This document shows positions 10,714 to 23,260 of a stretch of 64,000 nucleotides of DNA, piece by piece. The notes beneath the pieces are model-generated. The model made no database searches, had not been told where the DNA came from, and saw only the letters and a list, made by a program, of their open reading frames with translations. Position 1 is the stretch's first letter, and each line of letters begins with the position of its first letter. Source of the stretch: Selaginella moellendorffii (lineage: Eukaryota; Plantae; Lycopodiophyta); contig NW_003314281.1 of NCBI RefSeq assembly GCF_000143415.4, positions 732,833-796,832 of the forward strand, given 5' to 3'. Made by a program: the position numbers and the translations under genes.

Positions 10714-12543
10714 TAACTCTAAACACAAGTTTGGGAGTTTTTGAAATTGGATGAGACTTTTGGCAGCTGTGGACCATATCTATATATAAAAAGTCTAACT
10801 CAAGGCTTGGCAAGACCTTGAGATTTCTTTAACACCATTTTAGCAAAGTGACTTGGTTCTTTTTAAGGATTTATACATTCGTTTAAGTTTACACTAAAAT
10901 AGTTAAATCCCTACATCATTGAGCATCATAAAAGAGATAATTGTTATATCTTAGTGGATTTAATAACTAATAGTTTGAGCATGTATAGCATTACAACCAT
11001 CTTAAGACACTCTAATGTTGAATGGTTTTAACAATAATTTTCTTCTATTTTTTTCTTCTCTTTTCTTTTATTTCTTTTTGCTCTTTCACTATATTTCTAT
11101 TGCTCTTCTAAATTTTAAAAAGTAGATTTAGGCTTGGATCATAGTTTTTCTAAGTGGCATTAATTTTGATTATCTAAAAACTCAAGTTATTTTAGGTTTT
11201 GCAATGGTTATTACACTTTATCTTTCATTACACTTTTCACTTTTATTGCTTGCATTTTTATTTCTCTATCCATTTTGCCGTATGGTACCATAGTTTAACT
11301 TAACATTCTTTAGTCATTTACAAATATAAAGTATTCATAGAGATGGTAGCAAAGTTTCAATAGGAAAAATGTAATTATCTCCATTTAAAGCATTAATTTG
11401 TTTGAATATTATAGTTTTAACACATGTAATAGTGGAAGTACAAGTTGTTAGTGGTTAGTTGGGCCTTCTGTGCATGTATCCAAGTTCATTCCACACTATG
11501 GCTTTTTTTCCTATTTATTTCTTTTAATTTTTAATGGCTTCTTTTAGCAAAGATCTTGGGTTTGCCACATTTCCCAATATATTATTGCAAAGGAAATTAA
11601 TTTAACTAATTTTCTACTAAGTTCTTCCTTTTTTCTTCAAATTCTACATTTTATAATCTTTATGATTTCTTTCTTTTTTCTGTACGTTATAGGTTTTCTT
11701 CATGAAGTTGTTTGATCCACCTCTGGTCATTTATTGCAATGCATTTTAAAGTACAAATATTTTTAAAATATTCAATTCAAAGAATATTTCTAGAGCATCA
11801 ATTCAAGGGTTTAGGACAGAATAAATGATTGATAATGTATTTTTGAGCTTGATCTAAGCTTTCTTTGAGTGTGTTTAAGAGTGATAGGTATGTTATCTAT
11901 GTATCAACTCAAATAACTATTGACAAAGATGATGCAATTGCTATAAAATATTGTCATAGTTGTCAGTATGTCTAAATATATATTTGAAAATATATGGGAG
12001 AAGGTTCTAATCCACATATGGTTGCATTCAAACCATTATACCACTATAACACTATGCCTTAAAGACATGTAAAAAATTACATAAATATTTGAGCATTATC
12101 TAAAGAATGATATGTTGCATTAATTGTAAATTGATCAAATTAATAATACATATTATCCCTAAAATTTCTATAAATGAAATCTGACCAGATGTTAGGATTG
12201 GCAATAAGAGCAATAAAAGTTGCACTATACATCATAAATGCCACTATTAACTAGATTTAATTATCCAATTATAGTCATATAACATCAATCAATTACACCA
12301 ATTGCTACTCTAAAATGTAAGCAATTAAAGAAATAAATGATCCATTAAAGTTTAAATATAAAAGGAAAGAGCTTATGAATAAAATTGCACCTTATTTTTC
12401 AATCAATTATGGATTTAAATACTACTAGGTTGGATGAGAGGTTTCGTGTCTGACTTTATTAATTAGTTTAAAGGAATCATAAAATATGTTGAGATTGATA
12501 TGTGGTATATTCAATTTTCTTTTAGTTGGGCTCGACCTGAGAG

Positions 12544-15500
12544 TGTAAGCCACAAATTTTTCCTTTCCAATTTGTCAGCTTACCTCATCTATCCAACTAA
12601 TATTGCCTTATCTTCTTAGCTAAGTTCCCTCGCCAAGGTTCTCGCCTATTGTACCAACTCCTACTTAGTCCTATTTGGTTTCAATTATTCACTACACGAG
12701 CAATGGAGCATTAACCATCCACCCACGAATTCTTAAATATCTCCCAATCCCCCTCCCCAGGTTAGATTGGACTTAAGGTTCGGCTACACTCCCTACATGC
12801 ACAAGCAGGCAAACACACCAAGCCTCCAGGTTTCTAACATCCCTTGGTACAATAAGATTTGATCATAAGACCCTCTAAATCCCAAGCCTTGGGTGCAACA
12901 GTTGCTTCAGGATGCCAGGGCGAAACACCGTGGCCTAACGGCCTGGTATGGGTACCTCTACCCCCCCACTTCCATCCCAAAGGGGAGGCCCAACCCCTTA
13001 AGAAGGGTGAGGACTAATGAGCCACAAGGTACTCAAGTGGGGCACCACTCCATATGAGCTGAGAGCATTGTAGTCGGTTTCCCTTCCAGGAGTGGGAGTT
13101 GCTCTTGAGCACTTCCTTCAGTGGCCCCTTCGGCACCACCCGAGTCCATACTCACTCCCACTTAAGGCCCCTCAGTCCTAGTCTCAACCTCAAATCAGTT
13201 TGGAAGCACCACTGGAGAGTTCCTTCAAGACTGGTTTCTGAACCTCACTATCCCTACTATACTTTTGGAACCCCCTGTAGCCCCCCCCCCGGGAGACACA
13301 CGCTTTGGGCTTTCACCCCTTGACCTGTATTAGTACTCGAACTCGGTTTCAGATTTGATCTCGGACTCGATTTTGGACCCGACGGACTTGGTCTCAGACT
13401 CGATCTCGAACTCGACCTCAAACCCGATCTTAGACTCGATCTAGGACTCGGTGTCGGACCTGATCTTGGATCTCGGACTCTATCTTGAACTCGGTCTCAA
13501 ACTCGGTCTTAGAGTGGGCCTCAGACTCAATCCCGGACTCTATCTCGAACTTGGTCTTAGAGTCGGTCTTGGACTTGATCTCGGACTTGGTCCCATTTGA
13601 TGAACTTTTTAATCATTTCGGTCGTGCTTTCGGGGATCCTTTAGCCTACGACAAATTGGGGAGTTAGTTCCTTACAACTCCACCACCCATAGAAGAAGTT
13701 CGATGCCCACATCGAACGTCTCTTTTTAATCTTACGACTTGTTGACCATGTCTCCGGGGGCATCCCCCCACTTAGCGGTGTGCCTAAGTTAGCCTCCCTG
13801 GCCAAGAGCCCATGACAACGGAATATAAATGTCCCTATACCCCTCACGTCACCGAGCCTTAGTATGGGGTTGGGACTTGAACCCAACCTTGCTTTACTAG
13901 GGGGTTGGGACTCGAACCCAACCTCGATAGAATATGTATACAGATTCGACATCTCCACGAGGAGTCAGGTGTAGTTCCCTACGCCTGGTCGACTTAGCTA
14001 ACCCATGCTAATTAGCTTACCTTCGGTGCGCCTTCGGGTCCCAACATATGTCATTGCTCAACTTAATAAATTGATACTTTTAATTGAACTTTGCATAAGT
14101 ACATAGAGTTCTGCCATGTAGAAATTCTTTCACTAGATCTCGAACATTCGCTAGGTTCTCTTTCGGTTCCTATATTACTTTGCAGTGTGGAAATCCTTTC
14201 CACTTCACATGGAACTCTCTCATCTCGTGTTTTTGTCACTTGCTTTTGCGTGCATTGAGGATGGCCTCAACTTTGTATTCCTCTTCCCCTTGGATAACCT
14301 AAGGTAAAGGTTTCACTTGGTCCTTGCAAAGTGGATCCTCAAAGTACGGCATGAGTAAATTCACATGGAACATTAGGTGCATCTTCCCCATCTCTCGAGG
14401 AAGTTGAAAACGGTAAGCCACTTTACCGATTCGTGCCTCAATCTCATAAGGCCTCGTGAACCTGCTTAAAAAACTCAAGATCAGTTCATTTCCAAGAATA
14501 TATGCATCTTTACCTTTGGGTCAACTTTCGACTGATCCCACTTGGTAGCCTTAGGTTCTTGGTGTTCAATCACACCTTCTCCCCAAGTTAGAATTCTACT
14601 TTTTGGCACTTTTGGTTTGCATACTTGATTTGCCTTTGTTGAGCCCATTCTAAGGAATCCCTCATTAGATTCCAAATGTTGAGCCTTTCTACCGTGAATG
14701 CCTCCATTGCAAGTAACTCTCCATAATACTCGGCCACACCGAGTTCCATAGGACCTTCAATAACTCATCCATTGATGACTTCCCATGGACTCACCCCAAT
14801 ACTCGAGTGTGGTGAGTTGTTATAACACATTTTCGCAAGTCCCAAATGACTTACCCAATCAATCTAGTCTCCCGAGACATAGCATCACAAATAATCCTCC
14901 AGCTACCTATCCACCCTTTCCATTTGTCCGTTTGTCAAGAAGCGTTAGTGCCATCAAACTTGACTTAATACCCAATACCTGTCTATGGGTGATAAGTTGT
15001 GCTAAATTTCAACTTGGTGCGATATTGTTCCAGGAGAGTTTTCTAGAACCTACTGGTGAAGATTTTATCTCGATCTAAGATGATCTCTTTTGGCCTTCCC
15101 CGTACTTGAACCACTTGTTCAAAGAATAGCTTCGCCACACCTTCCGCATCCACTTCTGTTGTGGTGGGTATAAAATGTGCCATCTTCGAAAATCAGTCCA
15201 CCACCACGAATATCGCATTGAACCCCTCACTTGGGGGGAGTCCCATGATGAAGTCCATCGTAAGACAATTCCACGGGTGATCTGGAATTGGGATGCTTTG
15301 TAACAAGCCTTCATTAGCCTTAGTCATAGCTTTGACTTGCTGATATGTTAGACATGTCTTTACATAGTCTTGGATATCCTTAGCCATATCTGGCCAATGA
15401 TACTTCCTCTTGAGTAAACCCATCGTCTTGGGCACTCGGCCGTGTTCTGCAAGAGGTCCATCATGACACTCTTTTAAGATTACCTTCCTTAATTCCCCTT

Positions 15501-18500
15501 CTGGAACATACACTCTCATTTGTTTATAATAAATGAGTCTATTGCGTTTCCTATAACCTATTTTTTCTTCCATTGGCAACTCACCTCTTTGGTGAGTTTC
15601 TTGTGCCTCTTGGTTCCTCAGCAACATTTATTATGCTAGACCATTGCTCTCATACATTATTCGCACATTGTCCCAAAAGGTTGCTATTGTGCTAGATATC
15701 GCCAACTTCAAGCTTGCTTTTTGACTTAGAGCATCTACCACGATGTTGCTCTTCCCAGGTTTATACAAAATCTTGCAATCAAACTCAGCCAAAGCGTTAG
15801 CCCACTGACCTTGTTTCCCTCTTAGGTCGGGTTGTGACAAGAAGTGTTTCATTGCCACATTATCCATGTAAATTTTGAAATGCCTCCCAAGGTAGTGTCG
15901 CCACTCCTTGAGAACTTTGACCACCACAAATAATTTCTTCTCGTGGGCAGGCCATTTTCGCTAAGCCTTGTCAAACTTCTTCAAGAAGAATGCCACTGGG
16001 TGGTTGTCTTGCTTCAAAACTACACCCAATGCAAAGTCCGAAGCATCCAGTTTTACCTCAAAGTCCTTACCAAAGTCGGGTAACACCAACATGGGGGTCT
16101 TCCTCAACTTCCCTTGAGGTGGACAAATGCCGCCTCGCATTCCGCTATCCATACCATCTTCCCTTTACATGTTTGGTCTGTTAAGGGCAAGGTTATTCTC
16201 GAATAGTGTTTGATAAACTTTCGGTAGTAGTTGCATAGCCCCAAGAATGCTCTCAACTCATGTACATTCGATAGTCACTCCCATTATTGGATTGCTTGGA
16301 CCTTCTTAAGGTCCTCCTTGAGCCTGTCCTTGCCCACCACGTACCCGAGAAACTTTACCTTTTGTTGAGTAAAATCATATTTGCTCTCTTTAGCATACAA
16401 CTTGTGTTCCCTTAGTTTCTCAAACACCTTCGTCAAGTGTTTAGCATGCTCCTCTAGCATTTCGCTATAGATTAGGATGTTGTCAATATAAACGACCACG
16501 AAATGATCCAAATATGGTATAAAGATGTGGTTTATCAGTGTCGAAAACATTGCTAGCGCATTGCACAGCCCAAAGGGCATCACTAAAAACTCGAAGCTCC
16601 CATACTTTATTCGACAGGTTGTCTTCTCGACATCTTCCTCTGCTACCCTGATCTGGTAGTATCCTGCCCTTAGGTCAATCTTTAAGAAGTATTTTGCCTT
16701 TCCCAACCTATCAAACAAATCCTTAATCCTTGATAAAGGGTGTTTGTTTTTCTTTGTATACTTGTTGAGCAATCAGTAGTTTATGCACATGCACATAGAT
16801 CCATCTTTTCTTTTCACAAATAACACCGGTGCCTCATACAACAACTTGCTCAACCTAATATACCCTTTGTTCACCAACTCTTCTAGTTGGCACTTGAGCT
16901 CTTTGAGTTCCTTTTTGTTCAAATGATAGAAGGGACGAACCACTGCTTTAGCACCCTCAACTAACTTAATCTTGTGTTCTATTGGTTGTGTGGGGGGCAA
17001 CCCCACCGGTAGCTCCTTTGGCATGGTATCCTGGAATTGGTCCAACACCCGCTGGATTACTAAAGGTACTTCTTCCATTCCCATCTTTTATCACTCTTCA
17101 CCGAGAGTACACATAAAAATGCTACCTTAATTCCTTTAGTGAGTTGTCTTCTCGTGGACACCAGGTTTAAGCAGGAGTCTTTGGCCTTACTTTGTCCTAC
17201 CTTTAGATCTTGGGCCTCCACCCTGGATCGTTCTCCCCAGGCATTCGCCAGTACCACAAAGTTCCTCCCTTGTCCATGCAAAGCTACTATGAACCGATTG
17301 AACCAGTCCATTTCAAAGATTATGTCAAATCCCGCTATATCAAATGCAATGAAATCCATGTCTACTTTCTATGTCCTTATTTCGACTCTCGCTTGTCGAA
17401 GTATCTCATCGGTGCTTTGGCTACCTTGAACAAACTCTATCATCCTTGGTTCACCCAACCGCTGCACCGTTAGTCCAGCTTGCTGGATTATATCTACAGC
17501 TACAAAATTATCTGAAGTACCCATGTCAATAAAGATCTTAACAAAGCTACCTCCGAGCTTCCCTTGAAGGGCTCGTAGATGTCACGAATGACTCTCTACC
17601 AAAGTTGCTTGCGTAATGAGTAACTTTAAGCTAAGGATTAGATCACATACCTCAATTTGGATTTCACTTGACTTAATGGCCATATTGGATCTGGCCTTTT
17701 TCGGGTAGGGACATTCCCTCGAAAAGTGTCCCGCTTCATTGCAGTTGTAACATATGTTGTTTCCCACGCTGCTAACAGACTTGATATTCTTATCTATGGG
17801 TTTGTCTTTTTCTGCTTGACTCCCCCACGTACTTGCTCGCTGGCCACCAGATTTGCCTTTCCGGAACCCCGAGGACTTATTCTTAGAGAAACTCCTCTTG
17901 AATTTCCCTTTGCTATATGTTCCCCTTGGTTTGGCCCCTTTGCTAAATGTGGACCCCAACCCTGTCGTGTTCCCCTTTCGCAGGTTATCATTGAAATGCA
18001 TTTTGATAGCCACATTCAAATCTTCTTTGTAATTGGTCAGGTTCCAACACATCACCTCACCGCAAGCCCAGGTTTGCAAGCTTGATATGAAGGCATGGAA
18101 CGCATTCATATCACCCATATCCGTGACAAGTATCCTCTTTGCCATAAACCTATTCACATATTTTTTAATGGTTCTGGTTTGCTTCAGCCTACTCAGCTCA
18201 TCCCTTAGGTGCAGAGTAGCATTTGGATGAACATAAGTCACATAGATCCTTGCCTTCATCATTTCCCAAATGGCCACCGGTCCTTCGTTGGCCTTTGTTA
18301 TTCTCCACCAAGACTTAGCATTATCTGCGAAGTATAGCTTTGCACATAAGACTTTCTTCGAGCTCGGTAACCGCAATGCTCGGAAGTAGTCTTCCATATT
18401 GTGAAACCAATCCTCCACCACCTTATAATCATTCACTCCTTTGAAGACTAGTGGGGGTTTTGGTTTGTACTTGGGAACTGCCTAAGGGACTGATTCCACT

Positions 18501-19035
18501 TTGGTCTATTCAACTTTGTTCAGTTCTGCCTCAGTCCCTGCTGAAGGGTCCACACCTTCTGCGCTACTAGCATCTGCAGTCTTTCGCCTTTTCTTTCGTT
18601 TTTTATCACGTTTTAGCTTGCGTATGAAAGTCTCTAACATGGCATTGGTCTGTGCCAATTGTCCTTCTAGAATGTCCAATCGAGTCTTGGATGACCGAAC
18701 CTCACCACCGGATTCCTGTTTGGAAGTTTCCTCACTTGATCTCAAACTCGACCTCGAACCCGATCTTGGACTCGACTTCGAACTCGACCTTGAACTTTGT
18801 CTTGGACCCAATCTCAAATCTCGGACTCTGTCTCGAACTTGATCTCGAACTCAATATTAAATTTGGCCTTGGAGTCGGCCTCGAACTTGATCCCGGACTC
18901 TATCTCGAACTTGGTCTCAAAGTCGGTCTTGGACTCAATCTCGAACTTGATCCCATCCGATGAACTCTTTATCATTTCAGTCCTACTTTCGGGGATCCTT
19001 TAGCCTACGACACCTTGGGGAGTTGGTTCCTTACA
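12544..19035 (-). mobile_element. Ty3/gypsy chromovirus, decayed (gag-PR-RT-RH-INT-chromodomain)
   Basis: TG...CA ends and TSD GAGAG/AAGAG. Full 3' LTR at 12544-13676, partial 5' LTR at ~18735-19035. Gag knuckle CYNCNEAGHFSREC; RT KIDLRAGYYQI and YIDNIL; RH DASDFALG; INT MDFIMGLP; chromodomain EEEYKVEAIL...FHVKWKGF...EPKENL at ~14115-14290. Many stops and frameshifts. Confidence 0.95.
13335..13592. repeat. Degenerate short-period (6/12-bp, GACTCG/AACTCG-type) array in the chromovirus LTR; second copy at ~18735-18950
   Basis: Directly visible in both LTR copies. Confidence 0.8.
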
Positions 19036-20419
19036 AAGAGGTAAGATATTGGGTGTCAAGAGTGTGGGGCTTTTGGGAAAGTTGTGGCTCTTAGCTTTCA
19101 TTCACAAGAGTGTGAATTAAATATAAATCAAAAGTATAAATCTAAATACTCCATATAGACAATGAGAGTTACCCTTCACCTCCACTAATATGATTGTATA
19201 GAATACAAAAATATGTATATTCAATTTGCCCAAAACCTTAGTTTATATATATATTTTAAATTTAAATCAATTTTATAATTATCAAAACCTTAATATATTT
19301 AGAATGGTATATGGTATTATAGATATAAAAATTATAAAAATTATAAATATTTTTTATTTTTATAATATTTAAAAGTTATTATAACTATATTTATTGAATG
19401 CAAAAAAGCAATATTTTCTAATATAATACAACAATATTAAAAGTTATATATCCAATACTGATGAAAATATTAATATCAGATATCTTTATAATGAAAATTC
19501 TAGTCTTTCTAAGTTTGTACTTTTTTATTCTATAGAAATATCTTCTAAAAATTAATTTATTTATTGTTAATTTTATATAGTTTCAATTAAAATTGTATGC
19601 ACTTATTCTGTTGATACTAATGCATATTATATTTTCTTTATTTATAATAAATTTTAATTGAAATCATATAAATTATAAGAACTTTGAAAGTTATAACATT
19701 ATATGAAAGATGAATATCTTTTGAAAAGCGTAAAATTTATATAATATTAATATTAAAAAAGAGTTTTCAATATGTTTTATTAACTAAGTTGATGTAAAAA
19801 TATCAATTTTGGCAAATATATTAACTTATTTTAAAGTAACAATATGAAAGAAATATTACTTAAAATACAGATGCAATGAATATTAATAAAATTTTCTAAA
19901 TTTTCTAAAATTATTTATTCATAAAATCTTAATTTTTTAGCTACAATATGTTTTTATTTATATCATTATTTCAAAATTGGTGGCACCCTTAAAAACAAAC
20001 ATTAATGTATAGACTAAGGTTTAAAACTCAAAAAGTGAAAAAATGTTACAGAGCTATAATTAAAAACATAATGGAAAATCGCATTTTTTAATTGTAAATA
20101 ACATATCAGAACTATTTTATAGAATCATATTCAATAAAAAGGTGCCTAGGTTTGTGCGCGCTAATTAAACTCGGTGAAAACATTTAAAACCCCTTTTTTA
20201 GGTCTCACGTATTAGGTTTAGGGCTTGTGGCGAAGAGTTCTCTGCTTCGCTGCTTCGCTCTTGACAATCCCGGGAGCGGGAAGCTCCACAAAGCTCCGCT
20301 CTGGGCGCGTGGGCCACAGGTGAGGTGTGATTTCCACAGCGCTGGGAGATTCTTCTTGTTTTATCGTAGCTCCGCGTGTGGGTGATCTTGAGCTCAGCCA
20401 TAGCTGCTAGCATTGTAAA

Positions 20420-21669
20420 ATGGGAGCGCCGAAACAGAAATGGACTCCAGAAGAGGAAGCGGCATTGCGCGCCGGCGTGGAGAAATATGGAGCGGGGAAG
20501 TGGCGGGCAATCCAGAAGGATCCAAAATTTGGCCCCGTTCTCAAATCTCGCTCTAATGTCGACTTGAAGGTACTGTGACCCGAGAAATTGGAACTTCCTT
20601 TTCTCTCTTTGGTTCTTCCCTCTCCTCATCTTCTTCTTTCGTTTTGATTTTGGTCTTGGCAGGACAAATGGAGGAATTTGAGTGCTTGTTCTGGTCCCGG
20701 CGGTCCAAGGTCCTCCAAAGTCCTGGGACTGCCGAGTGGAGGCGGCATGAGGAAATCCATGGACGCTGGATTGAGTCCTTTGCAGATTGACCCCTTGGGA
20801 GCTTTCCCCGATCCAGCAGCTTATCAAGAAATGAGAGAGATGGCATCAACACCCAGTGAAACAAGTCCGCAAAGGTGACAAATTTTTCTTTTTGTGACTA
20901 GTTTCCCTCTATCTCTGAAGAAACTTACGGGCTTGCTTTCCACAGTTATGACGACTTTATTTTGGAAGCCATTATAGTTATGAAACATCCCGGTGGTTCT
21001 AGTAGTGCGGCGATTGCTAACTTCGTGGAGGTACACTTCTCATCCATCGTCTGCGAGGTTTTGATCCATTTCTCTCTTACAGGAGCACCATATGGTTCCG
21101 CCAAACTTTCGGAAACTTTTGAACGCGAAGCTAAAAGCTTTAACAGTGCAAGGCAAGTTGATGAAAGTAAGTCGTGTTTCTTTGCCATGAAACGATTCAA
21201 TCCATGGTGAATGCTCTCGCAGGTGGATCAAAACTACAAGATCAATACAGGCTCTTCCAAACCCAGGGGAGGACAGAGGCCCGACAGCGACGACGAGAAA
21301 GCATTCGGCCGGGACGCTAAGAGGGCAGTAAAGTCGAAGAAGCCAAAGATGGACATAGAGACAGCAACACTGATAGTTAGGGAGTCGGAGGAGGCATCGT
21401 TGGTAGCCGCGACGCGCGTAGCCGAGGCGGATGCTCTGGCGCAGGAAGCCGAGATGGCAGCTCGGGAGCTGGAAACCGCCGAAGCTCTAGCTTTCGAGCT
21501 CGACGTCGCTGCGGAGGTTGCCGCTTATGCTTTGAGGCCGCACAGAAAATGTGAGAAACCTTTCCTTTCTTTCGTGACAAAATCTCTCGAAGTTTTGACG
21601 AATGTGTTCTTCGCAGCTCGGGCGTCCCTCGGGGGAGTGTACTGTAATCCCATTGCCAATCAAAGCTAG
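20420..21669 (+). CDS. TRB: Telomere repeat-binding / single-MYB-histone protein (multi-exon)
   Basis: [28 protein letters not shown]...RSNVDLK|DKWRN telobox Myb domain, GH1 linker-histone domain (ILEAI...[12 protein letters not shown]) and a C-terminal coiled coil; GT-AG introns. Confidence 0.93.
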
Positions 21670-22163
21670 GATGATTATAAAAGAAGAGGAAAAATGGAGA
21701 GCATTTTTTTTGTTTTTCCTTTGATGAAGATGGCTGGCTGGCGGCCGTTGGATGTGTCCATTCCAGCCGTTGGATCTCCTGACCACCAAGGTGCTGTTTT
21801 TTTTATATACTCTCTCTCTCTCTCTTGTGTGTGGTGTCTATTCTTAAAGGCTGGAAGAACATGAATCTTTGTCTGGCAATCACATGGAACCATTTTTCCA
21901 TCCCAAAAAAAAGATCTAGCAAGCAAGCAAAAGAAGAAAACCATGATCTTGCTTTAACTGGAAGATTTGAGTGATCCATGGTTTGATGCTCCAGGTTTTT
22001 GAGACAACATTGTCAATGTTCTAAAGTTTTTTCCTGGAAAGGGAAAGAGCGCCAACTTTTCTGCAAAGCAAATTTGATAGCTGGCACGCCATAACGATCA
22101 TTGCTCAATGCTTTTGATCATCAAAATATTTTTGGTGAAACATCTCCTGTTATGTTGCTGTTT

Positions 22164-22263
22164 NNNNNNNNNNNNNNNNNNNNNNNNNNNNNNNNNNNNN
22201 NNNNNNNNNNNNNNNNNNNNNNNNNNNNNNNNNNNNNNNNNNNNNNNNNNNNNNNNNNNNNNN
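22164..22263. other. Assembly gap (100 N)
   Basis: Run of N. Confidence 1.
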
Positions 22264-23260
22264 ATGTTGCTGATTCGATGGATTTAGATGATCGATCTAA
22301 CGTCACAAAAGCGGTAGCCAAAAATTCAACATTGCGTGGAATCAAATATTTTCTTCCATCAGCTTTGATCGAGTCAATCAAACCGCTTTCCTTTCTGGAG
22401 GTTATTACATGTGGCAGGACAAAACAGGGATGACGTGGCGTACGACTACTGGCCGGAGGCTGACATGCTGTCCTTACACGTCACTAAAAGAATTGGAAGA
22501 AAAGAGAGAGAGAGAGAGAGAGTGTGTGTCACTGGTGGTGCGTGTGCGTGCTTTGTTCTTCTTTAGTTTTCTCTCTTGTTTCTCTCCAGCTCCAGCGCGA
22601 GAAGAGATGGGCGACGAATCAATCAATGCGAATGTTGATGTGTGTGGTGATTCAAGGCACTAGCGACTGGCATTGTGGCGTCCCCGTCAATCTGGAGCTC
22701 TGAGCAACGAGAGGGAAAGAGAGAAAGAAGAAGAAGAAGATAAAGGGGTTTCTTTCGGGTCACATTGTTTCTGCTTCTCCAGCACCATAGCGAGCGAGCG
22801 AGCGAGCGAGCGTTTTACAGTGATGGGTTCTCGCGCAGGAGCTGGATCCAGGTACCATTTTGGCAGCATTGGATTGGGTTTCCCGGGGATGGGAGATATG
22901 GAGTTCTAGAGCTCCATTTCTTCGAGATTTCGGCATAGGATAGCGGCTAGCTCGCTCGATCATAGATGAACAGGGGCAGGCATGGCTTCTTCCCAAAGCT
23001 TTCGAGGCAAGTTTGCTACTCCTCCATAGCATCATAGATTGGGGAGGCTTTGGATTCAAGGAAGGCGATGGATGAACAGCCAAGGCAGGATGGCTAAGCT
23101 AATCTCGATGGTGGCGCTCTAGATCTCGCCAGTCGCCTAGTTAGGTGGCGAGTTGTGGGTGATGATCTTGCAGTGCAAGCTAACCGATACCCCACAGAGA
23201 AAACGAAGAAGTTCGCGGTAGCTGGAACGTAGCAACAGGAAGAACACAAGAGAGAAGAGA

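Larger units (their letters stand above)
6700..10800 (+). mobile_element. Heavily decayed Ty3/gypsy Tat-like retrotransposon pol (aRH-RT-...-INT); boundaries approximate
   Basis: Additional RNase H motifs (FVVYFDGA, TNETEYLAM, FLGDLQLV) at ~7330-7690. RT motifs (SFMDGFSRYNQI, FCTPWGIFAY, VYIDDL) at ~8160-8500. Integrase YLLVAIDYFSKW at ~9800 and GPY at ~10770. Confidence 0.7.
12316..19118 (+). mobile_element. Old Cassandra copy split by the chromovirus (pieces 12316-12543 and 19036-19118)
   Basis: The left piece ends ...TGGGCTCGACCTGAGAG and the right piece resumes ...GGGTGTCAAGAGTGTGGGGCT. These match adjacent parts of the intact Cassandra internal domain. Confidence 0.8.

Noticed and set aside
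11428-11510. Possible tRNA-derived SINE (TAGTGGTTAG...AGTTCATTCC...T-run)
   Set aside because: Boxes are degenerate and there is no TSD or second copy.
19120-20170. Very AT-rich kilobase
   Set aside because: No termini, periodicity or ORF discernible; treated as intergenic.
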